64,000 bases of DNA from Paraphysomonas bandaiensis (GCA_965644295.1 CBFFRP010000645.1:131326-195325); one strand, 5' to 3'. Numbered from the stretch's first letter, positions 13,618 to 29,021 are shown. Numbers and translations: made by a program. The notes: generated from the sequence alone by a model not told the origin.

Positions 13618-15760
13618 TTAACGATGTCTATTGTAGCGTGAACCCGAGCTACGGATAATACACCAACGTCTTCTGCTACCCCGGAAAGTTAACACACTGC
13701 AACGTAAGGGCAATGTCACGAGGCCCATCCTGAACGAAGTGGGTAAATACAGCGCACACAAAGAAAAAGTAGGCAATACACCGGCGAAACCACTACTCAC
13801 AACAGTATAGCGCACACAGGATTTCAAATAAATGATTACATCACACAGGCGACCATATAGCAAAGTACATATATTCAGGGAGATATAAATCTTACATATG
13901 TTCGAAGGTCTGATCATCGCTGCTTGTGATTTGGGTCTCTTTATTTTGCTTTGTGGTATATGCAATGAAGGCGTCCCTCCTACAGCATTAAACGATGTCG
14001 CCGATTTGAGTTTGACACTACTGATAGATGATTTCCGCAATGGCAGTGTACTCGCTAGGTCTATATCGTACGGCTCGTCATCGTCGTCATCAACGCAGTC
14101 TGTAAGGTGCAGCGGGCGAGAGCTGTGCAAACTGTAGCCTGACTGACTATGAGAGCCATGACGGCCTAAGTGAGTGCTATCGTATACATCTGTGTGGCTA
14201 TACGTCGCATCATAGCTATCCTGACTTCCTTCATCCACGTATTCACAGCCTTCAATGTCACAATCCAACGGCTGTTCCCAGGTGGACTGACCAGTCTCGT
14301 TGTTATAGTAGTAATCCGCGCCATCATATGCTGTGCACTTGCTCCAGCTGCTACGTGGTCTCAGACTCGAGCTCTTCCAGTTGTCCGACACCCTTTGCTG
14401 TTGTTTGGACGGTCGGTTTAAGGCATCACCATTACTATCGTATAGTGTGCCTCCACTGTACTCAGTGTCATAATCGGCATGATCACAATGCGTCACGCCA
14501 CTATCACCATAGGTGCTTCCGTAGGCGTTAGTATCACTAGTCTTTAGTGTAGCGATTCCAGTAGGTACATGTGTGTCTTCAAAATCGACGTAGCCATGAG
14601 ACCACAGAGCATTGTTGTCGACCTGCAAACAGCATCATCAATATAACAGAGTACATAATATACGGGCACGTATTCATTATAACCATATCTAACACACATC
14701 ATACTACACATATCTCACCATATACTATACGGGCACAGATACGGCACTCATCACATTACTATACATAACACCATACATCACACTACATACATATCTAACC
14801 ATCACTACATACCTCTCCATATCCATCTTCATCTTCATCATAGTTCCCATCTATACTATATTTATCTGCCTCTCCATCATCATCAGCAGCATCATTATCT
14901 ATCCAACTTAATGATTTTCTTATATAATTCTCTTCATCATATGATTCATAGATCTCAACATTATCATATGATGTATTTTCATGGTCATTCTTTATATACA
15001 TTGATGTATTATATGATACAGTCGTATGCTCATACTGCTGTTGCTGTATATCATCCTCTGCAGTGTTCCAGGCACACTCTGATCGTTCCTTATGTAGTGT
15101 ATGAGTATCTTCATCATCTAATGTTTCATATAAAGCACTTGTCATTAAATTATTAGGTATTGAATTGGAATTATTGGAGACTGGAATTTTCTTTGAATGT
15201 TCCTCATTAGAGCCTTGTGTAGATTCCTGTATAGGGTCCAGTATAGGGTCCTGTAGAGAGCCCTGTATAGGGTCCTGTAGAGAGCCCTGTATAGGGTCCT
15301 GTGTAGGGTCCTGTAGAGAGCCCTGTATAGGGTCCTGTATAGGGTCCTGAATGTCAGCCAATTGACCATCCGGTTGATTACAAGAAGTTTGATCATCTTC
15401 ACAGGTCACTGATTCATTGTATGATTTATCAGTATGTGAATATGATATTGATTTCTTCATATCTTTCATAGTCATATCCATATATGTAATACATGTATTA
15501 TCATGTGTATTAGGTGTATGTATATCATCTATAGGTAATGGTTTCATACTACTACTTGCATGTGATGTCATATCAGTAGTCTCACTATGTATACTTATAC
15601 GATGTATTACAGGAGGTTTATTGATCACAACACATTCATTGACTTCATCACTATCATAACTTAAACCTTGTTGTGACCGGACAACTGATACAGTACTGTA
15701 TTCCGTTGTTACAGCAATTTTACGTCGTGATATATCAAAACATTTAAACCAACTTTTCAT
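13618..15760 (-). CDS. Low-complexity acidic protein with one WW domain; at least 2 exons, 3' end uncertain
   Basis: WSKCTAYDGADYYYNNETGQSTWEQP is a WW motif; exon 1 MKSWFKCF...CSD then gttag donor near 14800, acceptor tgcag near 14623; further gtaag donor near 13895. Confidence 0.65.
15226..15348. repeat. Coding minisatellite (12/24-bp units; QDPIQGSL repeats)
   Basis: cctgtatagggt / cctgtagagagc repeats within exon 1 of the WW gene. Confidence 0.85.
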
Positions 15761-16114
15761 AATTATATAGATATATGAATTAACTTATCATAGTGATTAT
15801 AGATATCTGTGAATATCAGAAAATAGAAGTGTCATTAGTTGTATGTGAAAGGTTCATAGATAATAGTGTGTTATTATATAGAGAACAGTGTGAGTTTGAC
15901 TGGGGTATGAATGTATGGTAAGTACTTGACTGGTGTACTGCTGTACGGTACTATACTGGAATGTACCATATGATATGTACTGCTGTACAGTGCTATATGT
16001 GGTACAGTATACAAGTATAACTACTATTGTATGGTACGTACGGACTGGTAATGAAACACCCGTATATATATATATATACTGTTCATATGTAAGTATATCA
16101 TCTCCCCATATATG

Positions 16115-16405
16115 TAGAATACCGTCATGTCTTATCTATGAAACCCCCCATATCAAACTATAATACAGAGTATACAACTTTCAAGTACGTTGAAGTACGT
16201 AATATACTAGTATATCACAGGGATCTATATCTATATATATTTTAGAATACCGTCAACTTATCTATGAAATCCTTCATATCCTATAAGAATACAGTGTATA
16301 CAGTTCTCAAGTACGTAATTGTCACAAGGGAATCCTTCTCTATACTTAGAATACCGTCATCTTATCTATGAAATTCTTCATATCATATGAGAATACAGTG
16401 TATAC
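16115..16405. repeat. Three diverged direct repeats (~105-130 bp) in a divergent intergenic region
   Basis: tagaataccgtca...ttatctatgaaa...aatacag at 16115, 16243 and 16347. Confidence 0.75.
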
Positions 16406-16712
16406 CGGAGATTTCCCTCAATTTCAACCATCGTCATTATAGTCATATGGACCCTGTGGACCTTCACCTCTACACAGTTTTCATACATAAGCCTCATTAT
16501 CTTAATGATGTCATTCATCATAGTACGATCATATGAAATATAACACAATTACTCTCATATGTTCAATGGAGAGATAACCCTTTTATTACTATATATCACT
16601 GTCATTACATCTCATTCTATTCATATGAATATATACATATGCACATACACATACATACACTAGATCGAACTTGATATATACACATATATACAACTTTATA
16701 TCCATTAAACAG

Positions 16713-19699
16713 ATGGAAAATAAGATAAAAACAAAACAACAATCCATACAATCACAACAAACACATAAATTAATTAGTAATATTCATAAGGATCCATCTG
16801 AAAGAAAGTTATATCTACTAAGACGACTTGTATGTCTGTGTCTGATATTAGCTGCTGTTATATGTGGATATGGTGCATATATACTCTTATATAATCTTGA
16901 AGGAAAAGTTGAATCATCACAATTTAATAGTATTGCAAAACAATTAGAAGATGGTGCATTACGAAGTGTATACAGTAAAATATTAGCATTGTTATCTGTT
17001 GCTGGTATGCTGGGAATGCAGTGTCCTGAATCTTCGAATTGGCCGAACTGTTCAGTACCAATGGTATATATTTGCTATATTGCATATTGATGTATAACTA
17101 GTCAGATATATGTCTTCGTATATACAATCAATCATCTTGTTGTGATATATGTTGTATATTGTCCCAGTATCGGTAATGACGGCTTGGTAGGAGTGATGAC
17201 TTTGTACTAAGACGCTCTAGTTCTATACTTTATATACATTTGTAGGGATCATTTTTGAATATCACTGACCCATTGATTGAGATGGCAAATATGCGGAGTA
17301 TGGCATACACCCCGATCTTAACTCCTGGTACGTTAAATTTTTACATCGCTCACTGTATAGCCACGTCATATTACAATTTTACTGTCTCGAATCAGAATTC
17401 GCTAACTACAGTGTGTATATATTATCTAGATCAAGTTGAGTCGTACGAAACGTTTGCGTATAATTTCTACGAGGAACAAGGCTACGGCCACCTGGGCATA
17501 AACGAGTTTGGGAAGGGTATATATTCCAGAAATGCGACCACTTTTGAGATATATCATGACACAGAAGGATCGAATGAGGGAAAATATAAAATTTTATGTC
17601 CTGTGGTACAAATTGGTAACTTGGCCACGAACCATCGCGCTGTTATGTTCAACATTTACTCCCAAATATACCGCATCAATGCCGTAGATTTCATGATAGA
17701 TTGTTTCCATGCGGGAGGAAGGGGGGAGACTTGCACTTCAATTACTGATATCATCCACCTTGTACAGGACCCTGTCTTCCGTCCTGCGGTGTTAATCATT
17801 CACCCTGTCACACCCAGCAATGACAAGGACAATCTCGTTGGGTTCACTTACACGGTGCATAACTGGGATACCATACTGGAGAACGCTATTCCCGACTACG
17901 TGTCTGGTATGGACGCTGTATTGTCGACTGCAATAGATGACTACACATTCCGTATCGACAATGGTAAAGTGAAGTTCAGAGGTAGTCGTGATCTACATGA
18001 CCGCAAATATACTTCTCAAGGTCGTGAATTCCATATCACGTATTTTGGGGGGTCTGTGGACTATTCTATCAGCCTCTACCCAACTGACGAATTTGTGAAC
18101 CAGTTTCGAACCCAAGCTCCTCTATATGCCTGCATAATAGCGGTGTCTATCATACTTATTACCTCGGCGATATTCTTTTTGTATGACTGCTTAATGAACA
18201 GACAAGCACTTAGGAAAGAACTAGTGATTAATACTAAACGTTTGTTTGTCCGATTCATAAGCCACGAGATCCGCACTCCTATGAACACCGTGCATTTGGG
18301 CTTGAAGTTGCTACATGACGAAATGTTGGATTTGGTGAACTCAGGAGTCGTCCCGACTGGAATCGGGAAGCACTTAACTGAATGGGCTGATCTGATTCAA
18401 GAAATCGAGGAAAGCTCTGACACCGCCATAGTTGTGCTTAATGATTTAATTAACTATGATAAGATATCTATCGGAGCGTTAGCTGTAGAGAATGAAGTTG
18501 TTGACTTTTGGGATATGGTTTCGAAATCTGTTAAGCCGTTCGTAGTACAGGCAAAGCAGGCTGGTGTGACCCTGAATATGGATTTGGAGGTTTCACGCAG
18601 CGCGCTTGCTGTCAGTTCAGAAAGATATGAGTCTCTTATACTTCTAGCTGCTTATGCAGATCCCATTAAAATAGCTCAAGCCGTTAGGAATGTTGTGTCC
18701 AATGCTATCAAGTTCACGAGAAAGGATGGAACTGTCACAGTAACCGCATACTGGGATGAAAGTGGACTTGCGGACTATACACAGGAGCGAGCCGCTAGTG
18801 ACTACGCTATACAAATGCCAAGGGCAGGTTCATTCGTACTTATCATCAATGACACTGGAGCAGGTACTTTTCCACCTCACTCAGTACTCACACTAATAAA
18901 TATGCAACTAGGTATGTCTCCAGAGCACACCCAGCATTTATTCAAAGAAGGGGTTCAGTTTCACGCGAACCAACTGCAGGCCGGGGGAGGGTCTGGACTC
19001 GGTCTGTGGATATCAAAAGGTGTTGTGGATCTTCATCATGGCACATTGACTGCGCATTCTGATGGCGTAGACAAGGGCTCGACCTTCAGATTGGAACTAC
19101 CTGCCTTTAAGTCCAGTGAAATAGTGCACAAACCAGAATCATCTCTCTATAACTCTATCCGCACCAATTCTATTGTACCTGTATCAGATCAAATGAGTCT
19201 CCCATTAAGTTCTAGCCAATCGATGGGTGCGTCACAAAGTGACTCTGTAACTTCCGCTGTTAAGCGAATATTAGTAGTAGATGACGCTTCTTCCACAAGG
19301 AAAGTGGTTTGTCGACTGCTGAAACACTCGGGATATGAGTGCTATGAGGCTGAGGACGGACAGCAATGTATCGATAAGATGAAGGAGTTCGAAAAAAAAG
19401 GAAGCCCGGTGATTGATTTAGTTTTGATGGACTTTGAAATGCCTCGTATCAATGGCCCAACAGCCACCCAGATTCTACGAGATGCCGATTTCAGTATCCC
19501 AATTATAGGAGTCACCGGAAATGTGCTACAAGCCGATGTCGATTTTTTCTTGGCACACGGAGCAACGGCAGTTATCCACAAACCCATCACAGTATCCGTC
19601 CTCCAGGGCATGATATCACAGTTCAGTGGGAAGAACAACTGTTCTGAAATTGAAGTTGCTGCTAATATGACCAATGACTCCAATGGTGTCATTCTTTGA
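16713..19699 (+). CDS. Membrane hybrid sensor histidine kinase (TM, CHASE-like sensor, TM, HisKA, HATPase, REC)
   Basis: Two hydrophobic segments; FISHEIRTPMN (H box), NVVSNAIKFT, DTGAG, GSGLGL; receiver ILVVDD...LMDFEMP...KP; introns ~17064-17245, 17328-17429, 18864-18911. The CHASE-like call is tentative. Confidence 0.9.
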
Positions 19700-20558
19700 T
19701 TTGAACTGTTCGCACTGAATCCACTTTGCATAGTTGTGTTGTAATATATATCGTCAATGGCAGTAGTATGTACGTTGTTTTTTTACGTAATCTTGTGTTC
19801 TGTTCAGATAAATACCAATATGACGTCTACATTTGCTCGCTGTCGTGGCGACCTTTTACGACATAGAAATAATATTTTTTTAAATGTATTTTTTTAAACT
19901 GCATCGACAGAGACCTTGTTTCATGAAATTGATATTTAACTGTGAAGCACGACTATATAACGATCAATCCCACAAACCCAAGATATTACTTTCACTGTTG
20001 GAATTGGACATATCTGTAGAGCTAACTCTCACTACTTACATCTTAAACTTTCTATCAAGTTATGACATTGTGGACGTTTGAACATATTTAACTGAACGAT
20101 GAATAATGCATACAGTCTATCATACTCAATTATTAAATTGTAATACCTATCTCATATCGTATTTCACACTATCTAAGATAGCCACAATTCTATAACAGTC
20201 AATATCATTAGTTCGTAAAATAGGTGAAAGATAATCAACATTCAACCTAGTTAAATTGGTTGACTTTCCTAGTCACTAATTTCGGTCAAAGTAATGTATG
20301 ATTCAATATCTACATTTATTAAATTTATCCTATTCAACCTACTCATCGTAAACTGAATATATGAATTATTTAATGGCTAAATTTTCATCCCTGACTAGGT
20401 TTTGCTCTATATTTGGCGTGACTAGGAAACTTGATATAATATTGCAGTCAGGTAGCAGTTTAACGGCGTTGATATAATATAAACTGCAGAGCAACTGACT
20501 CTACAAAATTTTATAAAAAGTAGAAGCAACTTTCACATGGGAAGTAGGACGACTTTCG

Positions 20559-23500
20559 TTAACAGTTCATGCGACTTCCGCTGGGATCATACGGTGATTG
20601 TAGCATAACATTCACCTTATACCGCCCATCACACAGGTGGACCTCGTAATTCCCGCTTTTAATGAATTTAGAATCCACTATAGGTTGTTTGTCATTCAAT
20701 TTTTGATATCGCTTCGATGATATATACGCCAGTCCAACAGCTCTGCGCAGAGTATATCCATAACTGGCAGATGTCAAGTGGCCAACTAAAACACCGTCAC
20801 GAAACAGTGGTTCACCACCGTAAGGAAAGGGCTGCTTTCTTTCTTCATTCTCGGCTTCAAATACCACGGATACAAGTCTTCTTGTTACTCCCGTAGATTT
20901 CTGTACAGATAGAGCCGACTTTCCTAAGAAATTATCCTTCGTGAAGTCAATTGCGAATCCAAGTCCCGCCTCCAGTGGAGTATCTGAGGGAGTGATGTCA
21001 TGACCCCACGCGCGATATCCTTTTTCAAGTCGCAGCGAGTCAATAGCAAAGTATCCTGCATCCCGAAGAGGTATACCCGAATTTTTTGAGGCTTCATGAA
21101 GTGATTTGTACACCGAAATCGCTGATTCAGTGGGTATATATATCTCGTAGCCAAGCTCTCCCATGTACGATATTCGATGAGCACGCACATTCACTAGCCC
21201 AATATCAATGATTCTGCTAAATCCAAAAGGAAAAGATTCATGAGAAATGTCTGCTGATGTAGCAACGCTGAGCAAATCGCGTGACAATGGCCCCATCATA
21301 GATAAAACGGCCTCAGATGATGTGACGTCAGTGAGAATAGCAAAAGAGTTCAAAGTATCTGTATGGTGGTTTGACAGATGGCTACGTATCCAATGGGAGT
21401 CTCTACATGCTTGGGCGGTGGAAGTAGTTATCAGAAATTCGTCAGAGCTCAAACGGCACACGGTCAAATCTGACTCGATGCCACCGTTTTCGTTGCACAT
21501 GCTGGTATACACAATTTTATTCACAGGCACATCCATATTGCTTACACACAAACTCTGCAGCGCTGATAACGCCCCTGGACCTTGGAGTAGAAGTTTGCAG
21601 AAGGAAGTTGTGTCAAATAGTGCCACGGAACTGCGACATGCGTTATGTTCCTGCCCCACATTTTCAAACCACCACTGCCTTCCGTAAGAATAGGGTTCCA
21701 TAGGCACGGGACTGATGTGCACATCGTGAGTCTGTGCGTTTGGATGAAGGTCAAGCGAATCATAGAAATTTGCACGCTCCCTATCAAAAATGTTTATGTG
21801 GAGTTTTGTTTATCGTCATTCTATAGAATGGACCCTAAATTGGTGTCGTATTCATATTCATGCATATAGTCATGCATAAAAATGCAACCACAATACACTA
21901 TATAGTATTACCATCCAAATTTGCTTCCAAAACATGCTCGATTTTGTTTGTGCACGTTGTACAAAGGAGAAATTCTAAATGGTCTTCCACTTTGTAACTC
22001 TCGCTTCGGCCATGTAATTTGGTAGTGTAGACCCAGAGTCTCCGACACACGGGACGATAAAAAAGACGAATTATTATGAACCTACCAATGATAACAGAGA
22101 AGATGGATCGTCATTACATTTGCCAGAGCGACGAGAGCATAATCGTAACATACATCGAGAATTTTGGCGAAGCGATATTCATATACACAGATATCTGGCA
22201 TGGCTATCTATAGCATCCACAAGAACAGGAAATATAGGCAACTTGCATTCTCACGACTACGACTTACAAATTTATCATACCTTTCCTGTGAACCTTCTGA
22301 TATCAACGGCCCACAGATCCAAAGTGGGACCGTCGTTTACTATCCATTCCGCTAGGGCCTTTCCTGCACCCCCCGATGAAGCTATTCCTATGGTTGAAAT
22401 TGCATCAAAAATAGTACGAGAGCATACCACAGAAGTAGTAGAGCTAAAACCACGATAAGGTCATATCTGTCATGCGTACCTGATGAATTGAAACCTGCTG
22501 CCACATAAAATCCTTTCACTTCAGGAGATTCACCTATAAAATACACACCGCATAATCCATGAATGCGTTGAACACACAATGATCTTTGCTACTGCTGTTC
22601 AAGCTATCGCATATATACATATAGCACTTTGATATACACATAAGTGGCAACATAGGCGATTACCGAGTATGTACTGGTTATCTGGTGTAAAGCTTTCAGG
22701 CCCATTTATCATTTTAACCTGTCCAAAGAGTCTTATTAGTTGCGTTCTAAAATAGAGTTCTCACACAATACAATTAGTGGACAACTGACACATTACATAA
22801 GGGAAGCAACACGTATATTCGAACAACAGAAATAGCAGCGCATATGCTGCTCGTCCTATACCTGTGCGTCACCCAGCACAGGCGTTCTGTGTAAAGCTCC
22901 GTTCATCAGAATCTCAAAGTGATCCCAGTCTTCCGGCAACAAAGCGAACTCAAAGTCAGATGGCGGCCCTTGTTTACCACTGAACGCTGGCTTAGCCACT
23001 GGCTCAAATCCTCCCATCAGCAGTCCCCCAGACCACTCTCTGCATTCACAGTATAGAGAACGTCATCAAACTACGATGGAATCCTGAATACACATGCACC
23101 AACTTGCCTGTAGTATATGTACCTATCCGGGTCTCTGAGAATGGGTAGCATACTATCCACTGGATCGGGGAGTGGTTTAGTGTACACGTAAAAGTGCTCT
23201 GCACTAGCTAGTGGCACAGATACACCACATAAGGCACCGATTTGTCGAGCCCATAGACCACCACAATTTACGACGACTTCGCAGTTCACTGTGCCTCTGT
23301 TAGTCTCAATAGATTTTACACGTGCACTAGAATGGCCCTTACTACACTCATTACTGTGAATGTGCACATTAGTCACATTGCACTGCTCATAAAAGCGTAC
23401 TCTGTTGCCCGAGGCGTCCGTGTGAGCCTTAGTTGCTTTAGCCAGTGCTTGAGTAATGTCCGACGATATGGCTGTACCATCCCCTATAAATCCACGAGAT

Positions 23501-26500
23501 TGCAACAAATATTATTCTTGTTGAATATACGGACTGTGTCGTCTTGTAAATTGCAGGGCACCGTTACACACCTGGTAACCACAGGGCAGCTGTCACATCA
23601 TCAATATATAAATATGGAAACTTCTCTCGCGCCTCTCGAGGAGATATTATTTCAGAATCAATTCCAAATGCACGTGCTTTATTGGCCCTTATCTTTAATT
23701 GCGTCAATCTATCTGGACATGTGGCCAGCGTAAGGGATCCACAGGCCTTGTAGCCTGTAGATTGGTCTGTTTCTCTTTCAAGCTGCTGTAAGAACTGTGT
23801 TCCATACACTCCAGATAGCTTAGTTTCTGTCTCTGTATCTCTCAACTGACCAATAAGGCCGGCGGCATGCCTATGTGACAATACACAAGTTAAAACTATT
23901 ATTGATTAGGAGCAGAGTAGTTTATATATCTATATAAGTATATCTCTGCATATATATGTCTCAATGTTTATGTACCTAGTACACTATATATCTATGTATG
24001 TATATATGTATATATTACCAGTATATATATGTATATATATGCTTCTATATGCATACTACCAGGCACTATACCTATATACTACCAGTCTATTTATGTATAT
24101 CCATATACCTATGTATGCATATATCTCTGTGAACACATGTAAGTATATATTACCAGGCTACATGCATGTATCTCTGTATGTATATCTGTGTATGTATGTA
24201 TATATTACCAGTCTATACATGTATATCTCTCTATATCTGTGTATGTATGTATATATTACCAGGCTATACATGTATATCTCTCTATATCTGTATGTATGTA
24301 TATACTACCAGTCTATACATGTATATCTCTCTATATCTGTGTATGTATGTATATATTACCAGGCTATACATGTATATCACTCTATACCTGTGTATGTATG
24401 TATATATTACCAGGCTATACATGTACATCACTCTATATCTGTGTATGTATGTATATATTACCAGGCTATACATGTATATCTCTCTATATCTGTGTATGTA
24501 TGTATATATTACCAGGCTATACATGTATATCTCTCTATATCTGTGTATGTATGTATATATTACCAGTCCACATGTATATCTCTCTATATCTGTGTATGTA
24601 TGTATATATTACCAGTCTATACATGTATATCTCTCGATATCTATGTATGTATGTATATGTATGTATGTATGTATGTATATGTATATATTACCAGGCTATA
24701 CATGTATATCTCTCTATATCTGTGTATGTATGTATATATTACCAGGCTATACATGTATATCACTCTATATCTGTGTATGTATGTATATATTACCAGTCTA
24801 TACATGTATATCTCTCTATATCTGTGTATGTATGTATATATTACCAGGCTATACATGTATATCTCTCTATATCTGTGTATGTATGTATATATTACCAGGC
24901 TATACATGTATATCTCTCTATATCTGTGTATGTATGTATATATTACCAGGCTATACATGTATATCTCTCTATATCTGTGTATGTATGTATATATTACCAG
25001 TCTACATGTATATCTCTCTATATCTGTGTATGTATGTATATATTACCAGGCTATACATGTATATCTCTCTATATCTGTGTATGTATGTATATATTACCAG
25101 GCTATACATGTATATCTCTCTATATCTGTGTATGTATGTATATATTACCAGGCTATACATGTATATCTCTCTATATCTGTGTATGTATGTATATATTACC
25201 AGTCTACATGTATATCTCTCTATATCTGTGTATGTATGTATATATTACCAGTCTATACATGTATATCTCTCTATATCTATGTATGTATCTATGTATGTAT
25301 GTATGTATGTATGTATATGTATATATTACCAGGCTATACATGTATATCTCTCTATATCTGTGTATGTATGTATATATTACCAGGCTATATGCATGTATCT
25401 CTGTATGTATATCCGTGTATGTATGTATATATTACCAGTCTATACATGTATATCTCTCTATATCTGTGTATGTATGTATATATTACCAGGCTATACATGT
25501 ATATCTCTCTATATCTGTGTATGTATGTATATATTACCAGGCTATACATGTATATCTCTCTATATCTGTGTATGTATGTATATATTACCAGTCTATACAT
25601 GTATATCTCTCTATATCTGTGTATGTATGTATATATTACCAGGCTATACATGTATATCTCTCTATATCTGTGTATGTATGTATATATTACCAGTCTATAC
25701 ATGTATATCTCTCTATATCTGTGTATGTATGTATATATTACCAGGCTATACATGTATATCTCTCTATATCTGTGTATGTATGTATATATTACCAGTCTAC
25801 ATGTATATCTCTCTATATCTGTGTATGTATGTATATATTACCAGGCTATACATGTATATCTCTCTATATCTGTGTATGTATGTATATATTACCAGGCTAT
25901 ACATGTATATCTCTCTATATCTGTGTATGTATGTATATATTACCAGGCTATACATGTATATCTCTCTATATCTGTGTATGTATGTATATATTACCAGTCT
26001 ACATGTATATCTCTCTATATCTGTGTATGTATGTATATATTACCAGTCTATACATGTATATCTCTCTATATCTATGTATGTATCTATGTATGTATGTATG
26101 TATGTATGTATATGTATATATTACCAGGCTATACATGTACATCACTCTATATCTGTGTATGTATGTATATATTACCAGGCTATACATGTATATCTCTCTA
26201 TATCTGTGTATGTATGTATATATTACCAGTCTATACATGTATATCTCTCTATATCTGTGTATGTATGTATATATTACCAGGCTATACATGTATATCTCTC
26301 TATATCTGTGTATGTATGTATATATTACCAGTCTACATGTATATCTCTCTATATCTGTGTATGTATGTATATATTACCAGGCTATACATGTATATCTCTC
26401 TATATCTGTGTATGTATGTATATATTACCAGGCTATACATGTATATCTCTCTATATCTGTGTATGTATGTATATATTACCAGGCTATACATGTATATCTC

Positions 26501-28882
26501 TCTATATCTGTGTATGTATGTATATATTACCAGTCTACATGTATATCTCTCTATATCTGTGTATGTATGTATATATTACCAGTCTATACATGTATATCTC
26601 TCTATATCTATGTATGTATCTATGTATGTATGTATGTATGTATGTATATGTATATATTACCAGGCTATACATGTATATCTCTCTATATCTGTGTATGTAT
26701 GTATATATTACCAGGCTATATGCATGTATCTCTGTATGTATATCCGTGTATGTAAGTATATATTACCAGTCTATACATGTATATCTCTCTATATCTGTGT
26801 ATGTATGTATATATTACCAGTCTATACATGTATATCTCTCTATATCTGTGTATGTATGTATATATTACCAGGCTATACATGTATATCTCTCTATATCTGT
26901 ATGTATGTATATACTACCAGTCTATACATGTATATCTCTCTATATCTGTGTATGTATGTATATATTACCAGGCTATACATGTATATCACTCTATACCTGT
27001 GTATGTATGTATATATTACCAGGCTATACATGTACATCACTCTATATCTGTGTATGTATGTATATATTACCAGGCTATACATGTATATCTCTCTATATCT
27101 GTGTATGTATGTATATATTACCAGGCTATACATGTATATCTCTCTATATCTGTGTATGTATGTATATATTACCAGTCCACATGTATATCTCTCTATATCT
27201 GTGTATGTATGTATATATTACCAGTCTATACATGTATATCTCTCGATATCTATGTATGTATGTATATGTATGTATGTATGTATGTATATGTATATATTAC
27301 CAGGCTATACATGTATATCTCTCTATATCTGTGTATGTATGTATATATTACCAGGCTATACATGTATATCACTCTATATCTGTGTATGTATGTATATATT
27401 ACCAGGCTATACATGTATATCTCTCTATATCTGTGTATGTATGTATATATTACCAGGCTATACATGTATATCTCTCTATATCTGTGTATGTATGTATATA
27501 TTACCAGGCTATACATGTATATCTCTCTATATCTGTGTATGTATGTATATATTACCAGGCTATACATGTATATCTCTCTATATCTGTGTATGTATGTATA
27601 TATTACCAGTCTACATGTATATCTCTCTATATCTGTGTATGTATGTATATATTACCAGGCTATACATGTATATCTCTCTATATCTGTGTATGTATGTATA
27701 TATTACCAGGCTATACATGTATATCTCTCTATATCTGTGTATGTATGTATATATTACCAGGCTATACATGTATATCTCTCTATATCTGTGTATGTATGTA
27801 TATATTACCAGTCCACATGTATATCTCTCTATATCTGTGTATGTATGTATATATTACCAGTCTATACATGTATATCTCTCTATATCTATGTATGTATCTA
27901 TGTATGTATGTATGTATGTATGTATATGTATATATTACCAGGCTATACATGTATATCTCTCTATATCTGTGTATGTATGTATATATTACCAGGCTATATG
28001 CATGTATCTCTGTATGTATATCCGTGTATGTATGTATATATTACCAGTCTATACATGTATATCTCTCTATATCTGTGTATGTATGTATATATTACCAGGC
28101 TATACATGTATATCTCTCTATATCTGTGTATGTATGTATATATTACCAGGCTATACATGTATATCTCTCTATATCTGTGTATGTATGTATATATTACCAG
28201 TCTATACATGTATATCTCTCTATATCTGTGTATGTATGTATATATTACCAGGCTATACATGTATATCTCTCTATATCTGTGTATGTATGTATATATTACC
28301 AGTCTATACATGTATATCTCTCTATATCTGTGTATGTATGTATATATTACCAGGCTATACATGTATATCTCTCTATATCTGTGTATGTATGTATATATTA
28401 CCAGGCTATACATGTATATCACTCTATATCTGTGTATGTATGTATGTATATATTACCAGTCTATATGCATGTATATCACTCTATATCTGTGTATGTATGT
28501 ATATTACCAGGCTATACATGTATATCACTCTATATCTATGTATGTATGTATATATTACCAGTCTATATGCATGTATATCACTCTATATCTATGTATGTAT
28601 GCATATATTACCAGGTGGTCCCGCATGACAGTCTCCCTCTCTCCAATACAACCACATCCGTCCATCCTAATTTCGCAAGATGATAAGCTACACTACATCC
28701 AATAATACCACCCCTACAATTCCCATCATAATATTATGTATATGTATATATAGTTACCCGATTATACATACACGAGCATGAGATGGGAGAGAGTCTGTAG
28801 AGGATGAAAGATAAGAGATTACACCTCTATGTATAGGTGAGACTGTACGAATATATTTGGAGTGTTTTGAGAGATGTATCAT
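20559..28882 (-). CDS. Sarcosine/dimethylglycine dehydrogenase-like FAD oxidoreductase (DAO + GcvT domains), with a probable mitochondrial presequence
   Basis: VCIIG|[16 protein letters not shown]...GTTW|[30 protein letters not shown]|[24 protein letters not shown]; frame is restored across the 23871-28611 intron. Confidence 0.92.
23990..28615. repeat. Intronic 48-bp tandem satellite (~95 units) with a 2609-bp higher-order duplication
   Basis: Unit tattaccagg/tctatacatgtatatctctctatatctgtgtatgtatgtata; variant units recur at a +2609 offset. Confidence 0.97.
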
Positions 28883-29021
28883 TATATGGTAGGTATACTA
28901 TGAGCACTCAACTGATAGATTGACTCGACGAGTTATATATACATATATATACATACAAACCCCACATAGAGCTACACACCCAGAATCTTACCATAGTATC
29001 TTACACAGGTACCATATACAG

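Noticed and set aside
23964-28705. Very long ORFs (up to 1554 aa) rich in Y/M/C/V/I
   Set aside because: Translations of the 48-bp satellite within a dehydrogenase intron; no real coding signal
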